Positions 60,038 to 64,000 of a DNA stretch of 64,000 nt are shown piece by piece. Made by a program: the position numbers and the translations under genes. Positions within the stretch are counted from its first letter, which is position 1. Each line of letters begins with the position of its first letter. This DNA is from Minisyncoccota bacterium (GTDB lineage Bacteria; Patescibacteriota; Minisyncoccia; Phycocordibacterales; Phycocordibacteraceae). Below the pieces are notes generated by a model that saw nothing but the letters and a program-made list of their open reading frames with translations, did no database searches and had not been told where the DNA came from. Location: NCBI GenBank assembly GCA_035548315.1, contig DASZTF010000148.1, positions 21,292 to 85,291 of the forward strand, written 5' to 3'.

Positions 60038-60571
60038 TTAGTCGCGGAGCGGGATGCCGAGGTGCTTGAAGAATGCGACCGCGTCCTTCTTATTTTTCGC
60101 CGTGGTGACTACGGTCACGGCGAGGCCGAAGAGGTCCTTCACTTCTTCATCGCTCGTCTCCGGGAAGATTGTGTGCTCCTTCACGCCGATGGTGAGGTTG
60201 CCCATGTTGTCGACCGCGGAAGACTTGAGGCCGCGGAAGTCGCGCGTGCGCGGGAGCGCCACGTGGATGAGCTTGTCGAGGAAGTCGTACATGCGTGGGC
60301 CGCGGAGCGTGATCTGGTAGCCCACGGTATCGCCTTCGCGCACCTTGAACGACGCGATCGAGATGCGTGCCGGACGAGCCGACGGCTTCTGGCCCGTGAT
60401 CTTCATGAGGCGATCCTGGATGAGCTCGAGCTGCTTCTTGTCGCGCTTCTTGCCCACGCCCGAAGACACCACCACCTTCACGAGGCGAGGCGATGCCATG
60501 CAGTTCTTGTACCCGCCGTCTGCTTTGAGGGCTTCGTAGGCGCCCTGCTGCCTTTCTTTAGTCATCATCAT
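60038..60571 (-). CDS. rplE: 50S ribosomal protein L5
   Basis: ITGQKP, ALPRTRDFRGL, GNLTIG..EHTIFPE. Confidence 0.97.
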   Translation of the reverse strand: MMMTKERQQGAYEALKADGGYKNCMASPRLVKVVVSSGVGKKRDKKQLELIQDRLMKITGQKPSARPARISIASFKVREGDTVGYQITLRGPRMYDFLDKLIHVALPRTRDFRGLKSSAVDNMGNLTIGVKEHTIFPETSDEEVKDLFGLAVTVVTTAKNKKDAVAFFKHLGIPLRD

Positions 60572-60573
60572 AC

Positions 60574-60861
60574 TTAGTTGGTTTTAGCGACGTTCGAGAC
60601 GTTCACCGGAAGCGACTTCTCGATAATACGGCCAGACTGGTTACCGATAGCGCGGGTGTGGCGCTTGTGGACGTTCACGCCCTCCACGATCACCTTGCGA
60701 TCCTTCGGGAATGCGCGGAGCACTTTACCACTCTTCCCCTTGTCCTTGCCGGACAGAAGCTTCACCGTGTCACCCTTCTTGATCTTCATCTTTACCGCCT
60801 TCACCGACTTGATGGTCGGGTACTTTTTATTGCGGATGTTGAGCTTCGTGTACTTTTTCAT
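60574..60861 (-). CDS. rplX: 50S ribosomal protein L24
   Basis: IKKGDTV...GKDKGKSG, VEGVN. Confidence 0.95.
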   Translation of the reverse strand: MKKYTKLNIRNKKYPTIKSVKAVKMKIKKGDTVKLLSGKDKGKSGKVLRAFPKDRKVIVEGVNVHKRHTRAIGNQSGRIIEKSLPVNVSNVAKTN

Positions 60862-60867
60862 AGGAAG

Positions 60868-61245
60868 TTAGACGATTTCAGGCGCGATGCCGGCAATGTT
60901 TGCCCAGCCCTTCTCCGTGAGCTCGCGCGGGACGGGACCGAATACGCGGTTACCCTTAGGGCCCATTTCTTTACCCTGCTTCTCGATGAGCACGACGGCG
61001 TTGTCATCGAAGGATACGTACGAACCGTCCTTGCGGCGCAGTGGCTTCACCTGGCGGACGATCACGGCCTTATACACGTCCTTCTTCTTCACCGGCTTGC
61101 GCGGCTCAGCCGTCTGCACGGAGACCACGACGACATCCCCGATGCCTGCGTAGCGGCGCTTGCTACCCCCGAGCACCTTGAAGATGCGCGCGACTTTTGC
61201 GCCTGAGTTATCTGCGACGGTGACGATGGTCTGGGGCTGAAGCAT
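60868..61245 (-). CDS. rplN: 50S ribosomal protein L14
   Basis: VADNSGAK, FDDNAVV, RVFGPVPREL. Confidence 0.97.
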   Translation of the reverse strand: MLQPQTIVTVADNSGAKVARIFKVLGGSKRRYAGIGDVVVVSVQTAEPRKPVKKKDVYKAVIVRQVKPLRRKDGSYVSFDDNAVVLIEKQGKEMGPKGNRVFGPVPRELTEKGWANIAGIAPEIV

Positions 61246-61256
61246 ACGAGTGAATA

Positions 61257-61499
61257 TTACGCGGCAAGTTTGAAGTGTTTGTTCTTGCTGAGCGGGCGGC
61301 ACGCCACGATCGTGACCTTATCGCCGACCTTCGCAGTGTTACCCGGATCGTGGACCAAGTACTTTTTCGTGCGCGTCTGGTACTTCTTGTACTTCGGGTG
61401 CTTTACGTAGCGGTCCACGGCCACGGTGGCCGTGTCTTTCATCGCCGTCTTTACGACGACGCCGCGGAGAGTCTGGGGACGAATAGTGGTGTTTTCCAT
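61257..61499 (-). CDS. rpsQ: 30S ribosomal protein S17
   Basis: HPKYKK, VHD, CRPLSKNK. Confidence 0.96.
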   Translation of the reverse strand: MENTTIRPQTLRGVVVKTAMKDTATVAVDRYVKHPKYKKYQTRTKKYLVHDPGNTAKVGDKVTIVACRPLSKNKHFKLAA

Positions 61500-61506
61500 A
61501 AATGAG

Positions 61507-61695
61507 TTATGCGTTCTGTGCCTTAAGTTCCGTGAGTGCGCGAGCAATGTCGCGCTTCACCTTATGAAACTGCGATGCATCCTTTGCGCGAGCGCCGGCA
61601 GCAGAAAAACGGAGCGTGCGAAGCTCTTCTCGCTTTTCCTTGATGAGCTTCTCGAGCTCAGCCGGCTGCATGGTCTTGGTTGGGTTCTTTTTCAT
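61507..61695 (-). CDS. rpmC: 50S ribosomal protein L29
   Basis: LRF...VKRDIARALT. Confidence 0.93.
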   Translation of the reverse strand: MKKNPTKTMQPAELEKLIKEKREELRTLRFSAAGARAKDASQFHKVKRDIARALTELKAQNA

Positions 61696-61702
61696 ACAAA
61701 GG

Positions 61703-62122
61703 TTAGCGGGCTACCACCGTGGTCTTCATCGGGAGCTTCATGCCCGCCTGGCGGAGTGATGCGCGTGCCTGTGCCTCCGGTACGCCGTCGAGCTCAAAGA
61801 GCACGCGGCCCGGCTGCACCTGGAATACGAATCCCTTCGGATCGCCCTTACCGGAACCCATGCCCACCTCTGCCGGCTTCGCCGTGACCGGGCGGTCTGG
61901 GAATACGCGGATCCACATCTTGCCACCCTTGCCGGTGACGCGAGCGATCACTTTGCGCGCAGATTCGATTTGGTTTGAGGTAAGGCGGGAACCAGTCGTG
62001 GCCTTGAGCGCAAAGGAGCCGAACGCCACGGTGGTACCGCGGGTATCAGGGCGATTGATCTTAGCCGGACTCTTGCGTCCGGTCTGCCACTTGCGATGTT
62101 TTACTTTCTTAGGGAAAAGCAT
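61703..62122 (-). CDS. rplP: 50S ribosomal protein L16
   Basis: WIRVFPD.PVTAKP...MGSGKG. Confidence 0.97.
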   Translation of the reverse strand: MLFPKKVKHRKWQTGRKSPAKINRPDTRGTTVAFGSFALKATTGSRLTSNQIESARKVIARVTGKGGKMWIRVFPDRPVTAKPAEVGMGSGKGDPKGFVFQVQPGRVLFELDGVPEAQARASLRQAGMKLPMKTTVVAR

Positions 62123-62128
62123 AGGAAA

Positions 62129-62836
62129 TTATTGGCCGCGCTCACGGCGTGCAGACTGCGGGATCGAGCGGTTCTGATCCTTCTCGAACTGCTCACCCTG
62201 GTAGATCCAGACCTTGATACCGATAGTGCCGTACGGGAGGTACGCGCGCTCGTGTGCAAAGTCGATGTTAGCGCGGAAGGTCTGGAGCGGGATGCGGCCC
62301 TTCTTGATCTGCTCGGTGCGGCTCATATCAGCACCGCCGAGGCGACCCGAGATCACGATGCGGGCACCGAGGACCTCGCGCACGGCCATGACCTTCTCGA
62401 TGGTCTGCTTGAGCACGCGGCGGAACGGCATGCGCTTCTCAAGACCCTCAGCGACCATGTACGCCACCACCGCAGCATCGGTCTCAGGCTGGCGGATCTC
62501 AAGGATGTCGAGCTTCACCGTGCGGCCGTGCTTAGCATCTGCAGCGCGGACGACGTCCGTCACTTCCTTGCGGAGCTTGGTCGCGTTCTCACCCGAGCGG
62601 CCGATCACGAGACCCGGGCGCGCGGTGTGGATGATCACGCGGAGTTCCGTCGCGGTGCGCTCGATCTCAATCTGGCTTGCGTACATACCACGCAGGCGCT
62701 TCCTGAGGAATGCGCGGACAGCCTCGTCGACGCGGAGGTTGTTGCGGAAGCTCTTCTTGTCGCCAGCGAACCAGCGACTGCGCCAATCGCGGATGATGCC
62801 GAGGCGGTGAGCGTAAGGATGTACGGTGTGTGTCAT
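62129..62836 (-). CDS. rpsC: 30S ribosomal protein S3
   Basis: VHPYAHRLG, ARPGLVIG, SGRLGGA, GIKVWI. Confidence 0.97.
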   Translation of the reverse strand: MTHTVHPYAHRLGIIRDWRSRWFAGDKKSFRNNLRVDEAVRAFLRKRLRGMYASQIEIERTATELRVIIHTARPGLVIGRSGENATKLRKEVTDVVRAADAKHGRTVKLDILEIRQPETDAAVVAYMVAEGLEKRMPFRRVLKQTIEKVMAVREVLGARIVISGRLGGADMSRTEQIKKGRIPLQTFRANIDFAHERAYLPYGTIGIKVWIYQGEQFEKDQNRSIPQSARRERGQ

Positions 62837-62843
62837 ACGAAAA

Positions 62844-63161
62844 TTATGCGAGCGTGATGGATACGCGGGACTTCTTGCGGCGGATCGGGGTCGCACGGCC
62901 CTGGGCGCGCGGCATGTAGCGGACCATCATACCGTCGGAATCGACGATGATGTTCTTGATCTTGAGATTTGCTACGTCCTCACCCTTGGCCTTGGCATTC
63001 GCGACCGCGGACTCGATGAGCTTTTTGACCGGAAGCGAGGCGCGCTTCGGGAGGAACGAGAGCGCCACGAGCGCCTCCTTGACCGACTTGCCCTTCACGA
63101 GCTCCGTCACGAGGCGGACCTTGCGCGGTGACTGGTTGTATTTACGAAGTTCCGCCTTCAT
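62844..63161 (-). CDS. rplV: 50S ribosomal protein L22
   Basis: SPRKVRLV, SAVANA, PRAQGRA. Confidence 0.97.
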   Translation of the reverse strand: MKAELRKYNQSPRKVRLVTELVKGKSVKEALVALSFLPKRASLPVKKLIESAVANAKAKGEDVANLKIKNIIVDSDGMMVRYMPRAQGRATPIRRKKSRVSITLA

Positions 63162-63164
63162 ACC

Positions 63165-63500
63165 TTATTTCTTAGCAGCCGGCGCAGCGGCTTTCGCAGC
63201 AGCGATCTGGCTCTCAGCCTGCTTGGTCTCGAGCTCCTTCTGCATCTTGCCGCCGTGGCGCTGGAACTTCTTGGTCGGCGAGAATTCGCCGAGGCGATGC
63301 CCCACCATCTCTTCCGAGACGAGGACTTCTACGAAGGTCTTGCCGTTGTGGACGCCGAAGGTGAAACCGACCATTTCCGGGGCGATCTGGCTCCCGCGCG
63401 CCCACGTCTTGACCACACCAGAAGCCGACGGCTTTTTGCCGCTTACCTTCTTGAGCAATTTGACGTCCACATAGGGACCTTTCTTGAGTGATCGAGACAT
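63165..63500 (-). CDS. rpsS: 30S ribosomal protein S19
   Basis: [25 protein letters not shown]. Confidence 0.97.
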   Translation of the reverse strand: MSRSLKKGPYVDVKLLKKVSGKKPSASGVVKTWARGSQIAPEMVGFTFGVHNGKTFVEVLVSEEMVGHRLGEFSPTKKFQRHGGKMQKELETKQAESQIAAAKAAAPAAKK

Positions 63501-63528
63501 GTAAAAGCCCGCGGGGCGGGATAGAAGT

Positions 63529-63557
63529 AAGATACAGGACCTAAGCAAAACCGTCAA
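63529..63557 (-). promoter_or_regulatory. Sigma70-type promoter upstream of rpsS
   Basis: TTGACG-N17-TATCTT. Confidence 0.6.
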
Positions 63558-63640
63558 ATTACAGCTGCGAGGTCTTGACATGGATATGGTATAATACATC
63601 TTCCCCAGGGCTTCATTATGCTGAGTGGTACACTCGATGT

Positions 63641-64000
63641 ATGACATTCACGCGCGAGGCGATTATCGGTTTTGTAGTCCTTATTATCATCATTATTGGC
63701 ATTAGTTGGTACGCGCTTACCCGCCCCATGACCGCCACGGCCCCGGGTACGGCCACCACCACTCCCCCGACCGGGAACGCCACCGACCCCGCGCACCTCA
63801 CGGATAGTGGCGAGTTCTACACGGTCGACACCCAGTACCCGAGCGAGACGGCACTCGCCGGCCTCCCCGACAGCGCGGATGTAAACGCCGTCGCGCTCAT
63901 GAAGCAGTGGGAGATCGACACGATCGCGGACTACAAGACAAATTGGACCGACCTCGGCGCGGACTTTGAAGCTCACCTGCGCGACGAACACCTCAAGGGC
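63641..64000 (+). CDS. Membrane-anchored extracellular protein (possibly DUF3298/RsiV-like); runs off the window end
   Basis: Manual translation [29 protein letters not shown]...[10 protein letters not shown]...; TACACT 6 nt before the ATG; open to the window end. Confidence 0.65.
   Translation, partial: MTFTREAIIGFVVLIIIIIGISWYALTRPMTATAPGTATTTPPTGNATDPAHLTDSGEFYTVDTQYPSETALAGLPDSADVNAVALMKQWEIDTIADYKTNWTDLGADFEAHLRDEHLKG

Overview
This is chromosomal DNA from a Patescibacteria (CPR) bacterium, most likely Parcubacteria/OD1. The assignment is inferred from the missing L30 gene between rpsE and rplO, a PilQ-less type IV pilus locus and typical CPR orphan membrane proteins; the standard genetic code is used. 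From left to right: (1) 1-9.9 kb is accessory and holds a 7TM sensor histidine kinase cassette, secreted/surface proteins, a cytochrome b5 module and a 1012-aa GLUG/PG-binding surface protein. (2) 9.9-14.4 kb holds an atypical initiator tRNA, a membrane-anchored HEPN-like gene, gatA/gatC and ligA. (3) 14.4-29.8 kb is a type IV pilus/competence locus with an embedded GtrA-GT2-GT-C glycosylation cassette. (4) 29.8-45.8 kb holds tRNA-Ser, malic enzyme, recG, orphan secreted proteins, a rare tRNA-Ile(UAU), pyrD/pyrC, ftsH, smpB and tmRNA. (5) A low-GC scar after tmRNA contains a chimeric SET/ATPase ORF. (6) 49-55.6 kb holds infC-rpmI-rplT, a beta-CASP nuclease, a candidate ~125-nt 6S RNA, ndk, map, adk and gmk. 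(7) 55.6-63.5 kb holds secY and the spc/S10 ribosomal genes, broken twice. The most notable points are pervasive leaderless transcription from -10 boxes (some bidirectional), self-contained SD-led orphan cassettes (one inside the spc operon), the mini-6S RNA, tRNA-Ile(UAU), the pilin glycosylation cassette and the kinase/Cys-rich/unknown-enzyme module. All calls were made by eye without database searches, and many start codons were re-assigned from the ORF track.
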